Shown here in pieces: positions 1 to 8,115 of a DNA stretch of 63,575 nt. The translations under genes were made by a program, and so were the position numbers. The notes below the pieces were generated by a model. The model was not told where the DNA came from and did no database searches. It saw only the letters and a program-made list of their open reading frames with translations. Every line of letters starts with the position of its first letter. Positions within the stretch are counted from its first letter, which is position 1. The stretch is from an uncultured Candidatus Saccharibacteria bacterium (lineage in GTDB: Bacteria; Patescibacteriota; Minisyncoccia; Phycocordibacterales; JBBTRF01), in assembly GCA_964602975.1 (NCBI GenBank), contig CAZRTH010000004.1, forward strand, positions 1 through 63,575. Direction: 5' to 3'.

Positions 1-88
1 CTTTTCCAGGCCTTCGGTTACCCGCACTACCTCCGGAGGTATTTGGCTGGGGCGTATTTGCATTTTTGTATTGAGCTTATCGAACGGG

Positions 89-159
89 TGCGGATAGGGA
101 GAATCGAACTCCCATCTCAACCTTGGCAAGGTCGTGTTCTACCACTAAACCATGACCGC
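89..159 (-). tRNA. tRNA-Gly (anticodon GCC)
   Basis: Minus-strand cloverleaf read by eye: GCGGTCA-TG-GTTT/AGTGGTA/GAAC-A-CGACC/TTGCCAA/GGTTG-AGAT-GGGAG/TTCGATT/CTCCC-TATCCGC-A. The acceptor stem has two non-Watson-Crick positions (5:68 U-U, 6:67 C-A). No CCA is encoded. Confidence 0.75.
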
Positions 160-272
160 AGTGCGACTATTTTACCTCACTTGTGGAAAAATTCAACAAG
201 TCCGTATTGGCAGGGAGCATTTGCGGCATCGCACGCTGGCTACTGCCCGCAAACTGCACTGCTTCTAACAGG

Positions 273-344
273 TGCACCCATCAGGACTCGAACCTGAACT
301 AACGGTTCCGAAGACCGTTGTGATATCCGTTTCACTATGGGTGC
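273..344 (-). tRNA. tRNA-Arg (anticodon UCG)
   Basis: Minus-strand cloverleaf: GCACCCA-TA-GTGA/AACGGATA/TCAC-A-ACGGT/CTTCGGA/ACCGT-TAGT-TCAGG/TTCGAGT/CCTGA-TGGGTGC-A. All stems are fully paired; 72 nt. Confidence 0.9.
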
Positions 345-404
345 GAACAAAAGCATCATACGCTAAAATTAGCTAAAACACAAAAGCTGTACTAAAATAC
401 GAAC

Positions 405-1889
405 ATGAAGAAGGCTGATTCCTCGACATCGTTTCCGATTCCAAAAGAAGTTTCACGAGTAACCAAGGCTCTAGAAAAGGCCAACTTTAAGGCTTTTTTG
501 GTGGGCGGTTGCGTACGAGATCTTTTGCTTGGAAAAAAACCGAAAGATTGGGATATCACTACCGACGCCACTCCAGAGCAAATCATTGCCTTGTTTCCTG
601 ATACATTTTACGAAAATACCTTTGGCACGGTGGGTGTGGTGAACAGGAAAGAAGGAGTGGATGAGAGCCTGAAAGTCATCGAGGTTACGCCGTTCCGTCT
701 AGAAGCTGAGTATTCCGATGGCCGCAGACCGGACAATGTAACCTTCAGCAAGAACATCGAGGACGATCTAAAACGCCGAGATTTCACATTCAATGCAATC
801 GCACTCAGTGCAACAGGGGAGGTGGTGGATCTTTTTGGAGGACAGGAGGATTTGAAGAACCGCCTCATTCGCGCCGTAGGCAACGCAGACGAACGTTTCA
901 AGGAAGATGCACTCCGTATCATGCGTGCGGTCAGAATCGCGACTGAGCACGGTTTTAGCATCGAAAAGGACACTGAAGCCGCCATTCGCGCCGATGTCTC
1001 TATGCTGAAGAACATCTCCCAGGAGCGGATTCGCGATGAATTCAATCGTATCTTGATGTCGGCTGAACCAATGAAGGGTATTATAATGGCTCAAAATATG
1101 GGTATTATGAAGTATGTTGTACCTGAACTGGAACAGTCAATCGGTGTGGAGCAAAACCAGGCCCATGCGTATACCGTTTGGGAACACCTCCTTCGCTCGC
1201 TTCAGCATGCCGCCGACAAGAAATGGCCCCTGGAAATCCGTATCGCCGCTCTATTCCATGATGTTTCCAAGCCAGAGACTCGCCGTGCTGGCCCAAAAGG
1301 AGAATGGACCTTCTATGGTCACGAGGTGGTTGGTTCACGTGTAACAAAGAAGATCCTCGAGCGCCTCAAATATTCGAACGATATCATTGAAAAGGTGACG
1401 AAACTTGTACGTTGGCACATGTTTTTCAGTGATACCGAGCAGATCAGCCTTTCCGCGGTGCGTCGCATGGTGAATAACGTTGGAAAGGAGCATATCTGGG
1501 ACCTAATGAATGTGCGTGTCTGCGATCGCATCGGCACTGGTCGCCCAAAGGGGAATCCGTACCGGTTGCGCAAGTATCACTCGATGATTGAAGAAGCTCT
1601 GCGTGACCCAATCTCAGTAGGGATGCTCAGAATTGACGGCAATATCCTGATAAAAGAGCTGGGATTGGTGCCCGGACCAAAAATCGGCTTCATTTTGCAT
1701 GCACTGCTCGAGGAAGTGCTCGAGGATCCAAAGCTAAATACTGCTGAATATTTGAAAAATACGGCTGAAAAGCTCAGCAAATTGCCTGAAGACGAACTAC
1801 AGAAGCTTGGTATGGAAGGAAAGGAAACCCGGGCCAAGGCTGACGAGGAGGTAATCGCCGAAATACGCAAGAAACACTGGGTAGAATAG
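405..1889 (+). CDS. cca: CCA-adding tRNA nucleotidyltransferase with HD domain
   Basis: 494 aa. N-terminal class-II nucleotidyltransferase motif LVGGCVRDLLLGKKPKDWDITT and an HD motif (AALFHDVSKPE). The length fits bacterial CCA enzymes. Confidence 0.9.
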   Translation: MKKADSSTSFPIPKEVSRVTKALEKANFKAFLVGGCVRDLLLGKKPKDWDITTDATPEQIIALFPDTFYENTFGTVGVVNRKEGVDESLKVIEVTPFRLEAEYSDGRRPDNVTFSKNIEDDLKRRDFTFNAIALSATGEVVDLFGGQEDLKNRLIRAVGNADERFKEDALRIMRAVRIATEHGFSIEKDTEAAIRADVSMLKNISQERIRDEFNRILMSAEPMKGIIMAQNMGIMKYVVPELEQSIGVEQNQAHAYTVWEHLLRSLQHAADKKWPLEIRIAALFHDVSKPETRRAGPKGEWTFYGHEVVGSRVTKKILERLKYSNDIIEKVTKLVRWHMFFSDTEQISLSAVRRMVNNVGKEHIWDLMNVRVCDRIGTGRPKGNPYRLRKYHSMIEEALRDPISVGMLRIDGNILIKELGLVPGPKIGFILHALLEEVLEDPKLNTAEYLKNTAEKLSKLPEDELQKLGMEGKETRAKADEEVIAEIRKKHWVE

Positions 1890-1901
1890 AAAGTACAGTA
1901 C

Positions 1902-1947
1902 AAATAAAACAACAAAAAACCGCCACAGCGAGAGTACTGCGAGCGGT
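1902..1947 (-). terminator. Rho-independent terminator oriented for the minus strand
   Basis: In the minus sense the sequence reads ACCGCUCGCAG-UACUCUCG-CUGUGGCGGU followed by UUUUUUGUUGUUUUAUUU. In the plus sense an A-run precedes the hairpin and no U-run follows, so it does not look like the cca terminator. Confidence 0.6.
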
Positions 1948-2336
1948 TCGAAGACCGCTACGAACTGGGTAAGACGCTGTATGCGTTGATGCTGCTGCGA
2001 AAGTGATTGCCTTCTGTGGTTAAATTAGTCCTTGAAGGACTGAAAAGGTGTGCGAAGGAATACTTTTACTGCAACGGACGACGACACGATGTCTACCAAA
2101 AAGTTCTGTTTGGTCCTCTAGATTACGAGCATTAGCGGCTCGCGATTGTAGAAGAACATGTTGCCAGTTGTGGGTAGATTCGGACCTTGGTTCCCAATCT
2201 TTTTTCCCGATCAATATCTGGCCTGAAATGATTATATGTCCTTTAGAAGAGGTCGTAAAGGACATACTGTGGATAACTTAGTTGCCATGTCCTTTACAGG
2301 GCGTACAATTATGGACAGTGGGGATTGGGAAAAATT

Positions 2337-2483
2337 ATGAAACACCCTGAACTCTCCGAGCTACTAAGAGCTCGCGAAGCGTTAAAGAGCGCCTATGGCG
2401 AATGCAGGAGTGAAGCTTGGCTCACCCTGTTGATGTTGGCACTGGAAGAACCCGAACCGGTGCTCGAACAGCATGTGGACTAA
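2337..2483 (+). CDS. Hypothetical small protein (48 aa)
   Basis: Not in the ORF track because it is under 60 aa. ATG at 2337 with GGGATTGGGA upstream; MKHPELSELLRAREALKSAYGECRSEAWLTLLMLALEEPEPVLEQHVD; stop TAA at 2481-2483; followed by the hairpin at 2507-2539. There is no homology evidence. Confidence 0.25.
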   Translation: MKHPELSELLRAREALKSAYGECRSEAWLTLLMLALEEPEPVLEQHVD

Positions 2484-2506
2484 ACACCCCGTGTCTGATA
2501 GTTACG

Positions 2507-2539
2507 AAAAGCGGCGCCCCACGGACGCCGCTTTGTTTT
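2507..2539. terminator. Bidirectional hairpin terminator between convergent genes
   Basis: AAAA-GCGGCG-ccccacgga-CGCCGC-TTTGTTTT. It lies between the small plus-strand ORF and the 3' end of the minus-strand TrmB-like gene. Confidence 0.55.
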
Positions 2540-2562
2540 ATATATTTCACCAATCACTTATT

Positions 2563-3324
2563 TTAATTCCCGCTGATCTTTTCTTCGCCACTCTTTTCCC
2601 ATAGAAGCTGAAACCACTTTCGAAAGGAATCAGCGATGGACTGGTTGATGATCACCGTACAGGCTGCATTGTCATCGATCTGCCCGAGAGTGATGTTCGA
2701 CTGAATAACAGTCTGATTACCGAATACGGTAATACCGGAAGTGCTCGAAAATCCCTCAGGGAGAAACCGGTGATCATCGTTTACGATCGAGAGGATCTTG
2801 TGTTTTGCCACTTTTACCTCGTGATCATAGAGAACTTTCACTCTGATACCTTTGCTTTTCGAATCTTTCATGAAACGCTCGAGAAAAACGCTGAGTCTCG
2901 GATCGGACCAGCCTCCCTTGCCGCCGATCACGCAGACATCTTTACCAATCCGCAAAATATCGCGCATGAAGTTCTTCCAACCTTCCACGCCGCGATAAAT
3001 GTAGACGTCCTCCTCATGCGGCTTGGCGTTGTAGAGCTCCTCGAGGTCGGGAAGTATTGCAGCGAGCTGATCCTCCTTTTCTTTGAGCAATTCCATGAGC
3101 TTTTTTGGATCTACCGGCTTGTAGCGGTTCTCGCCTTTCTGCAATATCTCAAAAACAAGACCTTTTTCAATGAGGCGATTGAGAGAATCGTAGACATTTC
3201 GCCTATTTATCTTGGCCTTCAGGGCGATTGCCGCGACAGGGGATTCACCCTCCAGGAGCAGGGTTTCGTAGATCTTTGCCTCGTTCTTTGACAGATCAAG
3301 CTTTGAGAAAATGTCGTTATACAT
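2563..3324 (-). CDS. TrmB-family transcriptional regulator
   Basis: 253 aa. The N-terminal winged-helix pattern LSKNEAKIYETLLLEGESPVAAIALKAKINRRNVYDSLNRLIEKGLV is typical of TrmB HTH domains. Confidence 0.75.
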   Translation of the reverse strand: MYNDIFSKLDLSKNEAKIYETLLLEGESPVAAIALKAKINRRNVYDSLNRLIEKGLVFEILQKGENRYKPVDPKKLMELLKEKEDQLAAILPDLEELYNAKPHEEDVYIYRGVEGWKNFMRDILRIGKDVCVIGGKGGWSDPRLSVFLERFMKDSKSKGIRVKVLYDHEVKVAKHKILSIVNDDHRFLPEGFSSTSGITVFGNQTVIQSNITLGQIDDNAACTVIINQSIADSFRKWFQLLWEKSGEEKISGN

Positions 3325-3447
3325 GAAATTTTGCTATTTTCAGCCCTTAAAATATAGATGTGGGATAGTATAACACCTCGTGGTGATATTTGCCACTCTC
3401 ATACTATACCCCACAATATGGTCGTGAGTCAAATAACCCTCAAACCA

Positions 3448-4548
3448 ATGCAAAAATATATTTTGTCAGCAGTAATTCTCCTGATCATCGGCACGGTCGC
3501 TTTCTCAAGAAGTAACGCTGCTAATGGACACGCCATAAAGATCGGCGTGGCCATACCATTAAGCGGCAATTACGCTTCGATTGGAGAAAAAGTGAGGAAC
3601 GGCCTAGAGCTCGCAAAGCAAGATATCGAGACCAAAAATCCCGGAACGTCTGTCGAAATCATCTACGAGGATGCCTGCCTGCCGAAAGACATTACCTCGG
3701 CAGTTCAGAAACTCGTGAACATCGATAAAGTGAAGGTATTGAATCAGTTCTGCGCAATCGGCCTTGTCCCATCTCTCGAAATCACTGAGCCGAACAAAGT
3801 GATCAGCATCGGGGTCGCGGCCAATGTGAACGATCTCGCGGGCAAGAAATATTATTTCTCTCCAAATTTCTCGGTCAAAGAGAATGCGGTCTCAATCGCC
3901 GACTTCAGTACGAGTGAGTTAAAAGTGAAGAAGGCCGCTTTTATCTATTACAACACTCAGTTCGGCAAAGATTATAGAAAATATATCGGTGAACAGTTCG
4001 TTGCTGACGGTGGCGAGATCGTTGCTGACGAAATGGTCAACCTAGATGTTACCGATTTCCGAACCAACCTAGCGAAGATCAAGTTGTCGAATCCGGATGT
4101 GATCTTTGTTACCCACCTCACCGGTGGCCTGGGCACGATCATCAAACAGACCAAGGACCTGGGTATACAGGTTCCGCTTGTGGGCAATTACCAGAACGAA
4201 GATCCGATTGTTTTGAATGTTGCCGGCAGTGCAGCAGAGGGCTTCATTATTTCATCTGCAGATCCTGAGATCATCGGTAAGAATAGTGGTGGTTTCAAAG
4301 AAGCATACCGGGCGAAGCACGGAGTTGTACCTGATGTGTTTGCTTCCAACGCTTATGACGCGCTCAGCTTGGAGATTCCTGCCTATTTAACTTGCAAAGG
4401 CAATGCTGATTGCATGGCACAGGAGTTGCACAACGTGGCCAATTATAATGGTGTAAGCGGAAACATCACTATCGACAAAAATGGTTTCGCCTCAAAGCCT
4501 ACAGTGTTCAAGATTGTAAAGGATGGAAAGTTTGTGCTGTATAAGTAA
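3448..4548 (+). CDS. Periplasmic-binding-protein type (LivJ/Peripla_BP_6-like) substrate-binding protein, membrane-anchored or secreted
   Basis: The tracked ORF starts at 3358, but the ATG at 3448 gives a signal/anchor sequence (MQKYILSAVILLIIGTVAFS). It is followed by IKIGVAIPLSGNYASIGEKVRNGLELA, typical of branched-chain amino-acid-type SBPs. No permease or ATPase gene is adjacent. Confidence 0.7.
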   Translation: MQKYILSAVILLIIGTVAFSRSNAANGHAIKIGVAIPLSGNYASIGEKVRNGLELAKQDIETKNPGTSVEIIYEDACLPKDITSAVQKLVNIDKVKVLNQFCAIGLVPSLEITEPNKVISIGVAANVNDLAGKKYYFSPNFSVKENAVSIADFSTSELKVKKAAFIYYNTQFGKDYRKYIGEQFVADGGEIVADEMVNLDVTDFRTNLAKIKLSNPDVIFVTHLTGGLGTIIKQTKDLGIQVPLVGNYQNEDPIVLNVAGSAAEGFIISSADPEIIGKNSGGFKEAYRAKHGVVPDVFASNAYDALSLEIPAYLTCKGNADCMAQELHNVANYNGVSGNITIDKNGFASKPTVFKIVKDGKFVLYK

Positions 4549-4584
4549 ACATTGCCTCCGAATTACACCTCTTGCTTGTAAAAA

Positions 4585-5379
4585 CTACTCAATCTCCACC
4601 ACCACCGGACAATGATCCGATCCCATCACTTCAGGCAGGATCGAGGCGCTCTTTAAGCGAGGCAGGAGAGCGGGGGAGATGAGGATATAATCGATCCTCC
4701 AACCGACATTGCGCTCGCGGGCGTTGGCAAAGTGCGACCACCAGGTATAAAAACCGTTGCCTTTGTGAAATTGGCGAAATGTATCGATGAAACCGGCGTC
4801 GATAAATGCCTGGAAGCCTGCTCGCTCCTCGTCGGTAAAGCCCTTCAGCCCTTTATTTTCCTTCGGTCGAGCCAGATCATCTGGAGTGTGAGCGACATTG
4901 AGATCACCGCAGAAGATCACGGGCTTTTTCTTCTCGAGCTGTTTGCAGTAGGCAAGAAATGCCGGATCCCATTGCTTGTGGCGCAGCGGAATGCGGCTCA
5001 GGTCATCCTTAGCATTCGGCGTGTAGACGGTGACCACATAAAAATCGGCATACTCAGCAGCGATCACTCGTCCCTCGGCAAGAGGATCGCCATACCCATC
5101 GGCGCAGAGACCATGCTTCTTCACGATCGCTTCAGGCAGACCGTTCAGCACTGCAAGCGGCTTCTCTTTGGTGAAGATCGCCGTTCCTGAGTAGCCCTTC
5201 TTCAAAGCGGAGTTCCAATATTCGTCATACTTCGGCAGATCGATGACAGATTGATGCTGCTCCGCCTTTGTCTCCTGTAAACAGAGAATGTCCGGATCAT
5301 ATTTTTCGATAAAAGGTACAAAAAGTCCTTTTTTGTGCACCGCCCGAATGCCGTTGACGTTCCAAGAGATGAGTCGCAT
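4585..5379 (-). CDS. xth: Exodeoxyribonuclease III (AP endonuclease)
   Basis: MRLISWNVNGIR at the N-terminus and SDHCPV at the C-terminus. The start is set at the internal ATG (5379) rather than the tracked 5622 extension; 264 aa. Confidence 0.9.
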   Translation of the reverse strand: MRLISWNVNGIRAVHKKGLFVPFIEKYDPDILCLQETKAEQHQSVIDLPKYDEYWNSALKKGYSGTAIFTKEKPLAVLNGLPEAIVKKHGLCADGYGDPLAEGRVIAAEYADFYVVTVYTPNAKDDLSRIPLRHKQWDPAFLAYCKQLEKKKPVIFCGDLNVAHTPDDLARPKENKGLKGFTDEERAGFQAFIDAGFIDTFRQFHKGNGFYTWWSHFANARERNVGWRIDYILISPALLPRLKSASILPEVMGSDHCPVVVEIE

Positions 5380-5395
5380 GAGAGAAGTGGGTCGG

Positions 5396-5899
5396 CTAGC
5401 TCCCGATCGTTGATCGAAGTGCGAGGATCGCTGCATCTTCCTTTGTGGTATCCAAACCAAGATAGTCGAGTCTCTCACGAAAAGCTTCGAGTTTAGCGAG
5501 TTCAAGTTCAGAGTCGGCTCGCTCAGCCTGAGCCTCCTTCTGTCTTGCCTCGGCAGTAGCGACCGCAGCTTGAGCCTCACGAATCTTGCGCATGTCATCG
5601 ATGATGCCGATAATTTCAGCATCAGTAGCTGAAATTTCTCTAAATCTGCGATCTACCTCGGCGTCGAGCTTAGTAAAATCATTCACGACTTCGAACGGAA
5701 CATTTGAGTCACCTTCAATGTCCGCTTTAATGACTCCCTTACGCCTTTTGACAATATCAGCGAGATGTTCCTCATATTCCTGAAAAGCGCCTTCGGGGTT
5801 GTCCGGGAAAACCGCTTCGACACGCTTTCGTATCGCACCCAAAGAAGTGTTGTCACTGGCATTGAAAGCGGCGTTTGCAGATTCAGGTTTTGGGTTCAT
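5396..5899 (-). CDS. Hypothetical coiled-coil protein
   Basis: 167-aa ORF rich in charged and Ala residues (AQAAVATAEARQKEAQAERADSELELAKLEAF). I recognise no motif. Confidence 0.45.
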   Translation of the reverse strand: MNPKPESANAAFNASDNTSLGAIRKRVEAVFPDNPEGAFQEYEEHLADIVKRRKGVIKADIEGDSNVPFEVVNDFTKLDAEVDRRFREISATDAEIIGIIDDMRKIREAQAAVATAEARQKEAQAERADSELELAKLEAFRERLDYLGLDTTKEDAAILALRSTIGS

Positions 5900-5983
5900 C
5901 AGATGTTCCTTATTGATTAAGTGCCTTTAGTATAGCGCACCAAGATAGTGAGCGCCATTTGCCTCGCACAGATCGATCCGGAC

Positions 5984-6940
5984 CTACTTCCGATCGTGAA
6001 ACTTCTTGTGCACCTCGCGTAGCTGCTTGTCGGTGATATGCGTGTAGATCTGGGTCGTGTTGATGTTGGCATGACCAAGGAGCATTTGCACTGAGCGGAT
6101 ATCGGCGCCGTTCTGGAGCAGATCTGTCGCGAAGCTGTGACGAATCACATGCGGTGTCACTTTCTTTGAGATGCCGGCCTTGGTAGCATAGTGCTTCACG
6201 ATGCGTTCGACGGTACGGGAGGTGAGGCGGAGCGTCTCACCGTCCTTGTCTCGCTTCTCGAGCTTGCCCTTGATCGGACTGGCAGTCTGGACAAATAGCG
6301 CGTCGTCCATGTCGACGCGCTTGTCGAGGTATTTCTTCATCGCTTGGCGCGCCGACTCAGACAAAAAGACGACGCGCACCTTCTCGCCCTTGCCACGCAC
6401 CGAAAATTCATCAGCCCGCAGGTCGAGATCGCGCGAGAGGGAACAGAGCTCGGACACGCGTAGTCCGGTAGAGAAGAGCAGTTCCATGATCGCTTTGTCG
6501 CGCAGACCTTTCAGGTCACCCTTGTTGGCTGCCTCATCAGCCGCGTGCATCAAGCGTTTGAGTTCGTCGATAGTGATGAGATCTAGCGATCGTTCGGCCA
6601 CTTTGGCGAGTTCAATGCGCTCAGGAGCATAGGTTTTCACCCCGCGACGGGCGCAATACTTGAGGAACGAGCGCAACGCGATCAAATAGTAGTTCTGACT
6701 CTTCTTTTTCAATGTCGTAGCTACTCGGCCATCGCGAGTTTTGGTCGCAGCCTGGCGATTGAGCCAGAGACGGTACTCGCGGAGTACGTCATCGGTGATG
6801 CCGGCGGGATCTTTGAGCTTGCTGTAGGCGAGGAAACGGTCCAGATAACGTTCGTAGTTAGCCACGGTTTTGAGACTGCGACCCTTTTCGATCTCGGTAT
6901 ACTCAAGAAACTCTCGTTTGAGCTGGTGGAGGTCGGACAT
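5984..6940 (-). CDS. Tyrosine recombinase, XerC/XerD family
   Basis: 318 aa. It has the HVIRHSFAT (HxxR) and LLGHANINTTQIYTH (H...Y) catalytic motifs and an N-terminal SAM-like core-binding domain. Confidence 0.85.
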   Translation of the reverse strand: MSDLHQLKREFLEYTEIEKGRSLKTVANYERYLDRFLAYSKLKDPAGITDDVLREYRLWLNRQAATKTRDGRVATTLKKKSQNYYLIALRSFLKYCARRGVKTYAPERIELAKVAERSLDLITIDELKRLMHAADEAANKGDLKGLRDKAIMELLFSTGLRVSELCSLSRDLDLRADEFSVRGKGEKVRVVFLSESARQAMKKYLDKRVDMDDALFVQTASPIKGKLEKRDKDGETLRLTSRTVERIVKHYATKAGISKKVTPHVIRHSFATDLLQNGADIRSVQMLLGHANINTTQIYTHITDKQLREVHKKFHDRK

Positions 6941-7036
6941 GAGGTCATTATATCAGAGAAGTGGCGATGCGTGTCGCACAATATATTCTCTCCTAAACCC
7001 TTGCATTTTTTAGGCTTTTATGCTATCCTTTATGGG

Positions 7037-7315
7037 ATGATTACTTCAACGAAAAAAGCCAAGATAATCAAAGCAGTCCAGCTCCACGACACGGATACTG
7101 GCTCTCCTGAGGCGCAGATTTCCATTTTGACCAAGCGAATTGAAGAATTGGCTGGGCATTTGAAGAAGCACGCAAAGGACCGACACTCTCGACGAGGTCT
7201 CCTTCAGATGGTTGCTGATCGACAGAACCACATGAAGTACCTCCAGAAGAAGGACACGAAGCGATACAACAGCTTGATGAAGAAGCTCGATCTCAAGCAG
7301 ACCAAGAAGGCATAA
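7037..7315 (+). CDS. rpsO: 30S ribosomal protein S15
   Basis: HLKKHAKDRHSRRGLLQMVADRQNHMKYL matches the S15 signature. Start taken at the ATG at 7037 (92 aa). Confidence 0.9.
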   Translation: MITSTKKAKIIKAVQLHDTDTGSPEAQISILTKRIEELAGHLKKHAKDRHSRRGLLQMVADRQNHMKYLQKKDTKRYNSLMKKLDLKQTKKA

Positions 7316-7409
7316 ACCTTCGGCTATCTCTCGCATTCTCGACCATTTTCATATTCAGTGATCATTTGTACCGCTATACGGTATACTTAGCAGTAGTTAA
7401 TATATTTTT

Positions 7410-8111
7410 ATGACAGTAATCAAACACAAAGAACAGCGTGTCGGTATTTTCATTGACGCGCAAAATCTCTATCATTCAGCAAAGAACCTCTACCACGCCC
7501 GAGTCAATTTCGGACAAGTCGTGAAGGATGCGCTCGCCGGCCGAGCCCTTATTCGTGCGATCGCCTACGTGATCACCACGGAAAGCGGCGAAGAGTCTGC
7601 CTTTTTCGAAGCGCTCACCAAAATGGGTATCGAAGCAAAGACGAAAGACCTTCAGATCTTCGCTGGTGGCAGCAAGAAAGCGGACTGGGACGTCGGACTC
7701 GCGGTGGACGCGATCAAAATGGCACCGAAGCTCGACACTGTGATCCTCGTGACCGGTGACGGTGACTTCGTGCCGCTTGTCGAATACCTCCAGATGAACG
7801 AAGGTTGCCAGGTGGAAGTCATTTCCTTTGGCCGATCTAGCTCTCTCAAGCTAAAAGAAGCGGTGGATGAATTCATTGATCTCGACAAAAATCCTCGCAA
7901 ATACCTTATCGGCGCAGGAAGCGTGGGACGAATGTCTCGCGGTGGAGCAAGCGGCGGAACGAATGGCGCGAGCATGGGCGGACGACGACGCTTCTCTCGA
8001 GCGCGCACCGATGGTCCAGCAGGAGACGCATCATCAGCCAATGGCGATGCCTCAACAACACCTTCTCCCGAACATTCCCGAGCGGAAAACGACGGACCTC
8101 TGATACAATAG
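7410..8111 (+). CDS. NYN-domain (LabA-like) protein with Gly/Arg/Ser-rich C-terminal tail
   Basis: VGIFIDAQNLYHSAK ... LVTGDGDFVPLVEYLQ is the NYN/LabA PIN-like pattern. The C-terminal ~70 aa are low complexity (GGASGGTNGASMGGRRRFSRART). Confidence 0.75.
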   Translation: MTVIKHKEQRVGIFIDAQNLYHSAKNLYHARVNFGQVVKDALAGRALIRAIAYVITTESGEESAFFEALTKMGIEAKTKDLQIFAGGSKKADWDVGLAVDAIKMAPKLDTVILVTGDGDFVPLVEYLQMNEGCQVEVISFGRSSSLKLKEAVDEFIDLDKNPRKYLIGAGSVGRMSRGGASGGTNGASMGGRRRFSRARTDGPAGDASSANGDASTTPSPEHSRAENDGPLIQ

Positions 8112-8115
8112 GGGG

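Noticed and set aside
1-88. Unassigned leader-like sequence at the window edge (contains the CTCCGGAG palindrome and GGAGGTAGTGCGGG on the minus strand)
   Set aside because: It lies downstream of tRNA-Gly on the minus strand and is truncated by the window. The resemblance to SRP or RNase P 5' regions is too weak to call without the missing sequence.
2268-2276. Perfect consensus DnaA box (TGTGGATAA = rc of TTATCCACA)
   Set aside because: It is a single isolated copy 34 kb from dnaA. About one chance occurrence of a 9-mer on either strand is expected in a window this size, and there is no adjacent cluster or AT-rich element.
2020-2281. 77-aa (+) and 81-aa (-) mutually antisense ORFs
   Set aside because: They have no motifs, odd composition, no start context, and they overlap each other. 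The region is better explained as non-coding or ncRNA.
3358-3447. N-terminal extensions of tracked ORFs. These also occur at 5380-5622 (xth), 44428-44616 (ruvC), 60462-60785 (sortase), 59171-59245 (flotillin, TTG), 50158-50193 (lipoprotein), 22666-22782 and 47885-47956.
   Set aside because: Internal ATGs give canonical N-termini, such as signal peptides or known first motifs like MRLISWNVNG. The extensions overlap neighbouring genes or promoters.
5984-6940. Tyrosine recombinase as the integrase of a mobile element
   Set aside because: The domain layout and motifs fit housekeeping XerC/XerD. No flanking direct repeats, phage or plasmid genes are present. The nearest tRNAs are 5.6 kb away with core genes in between.
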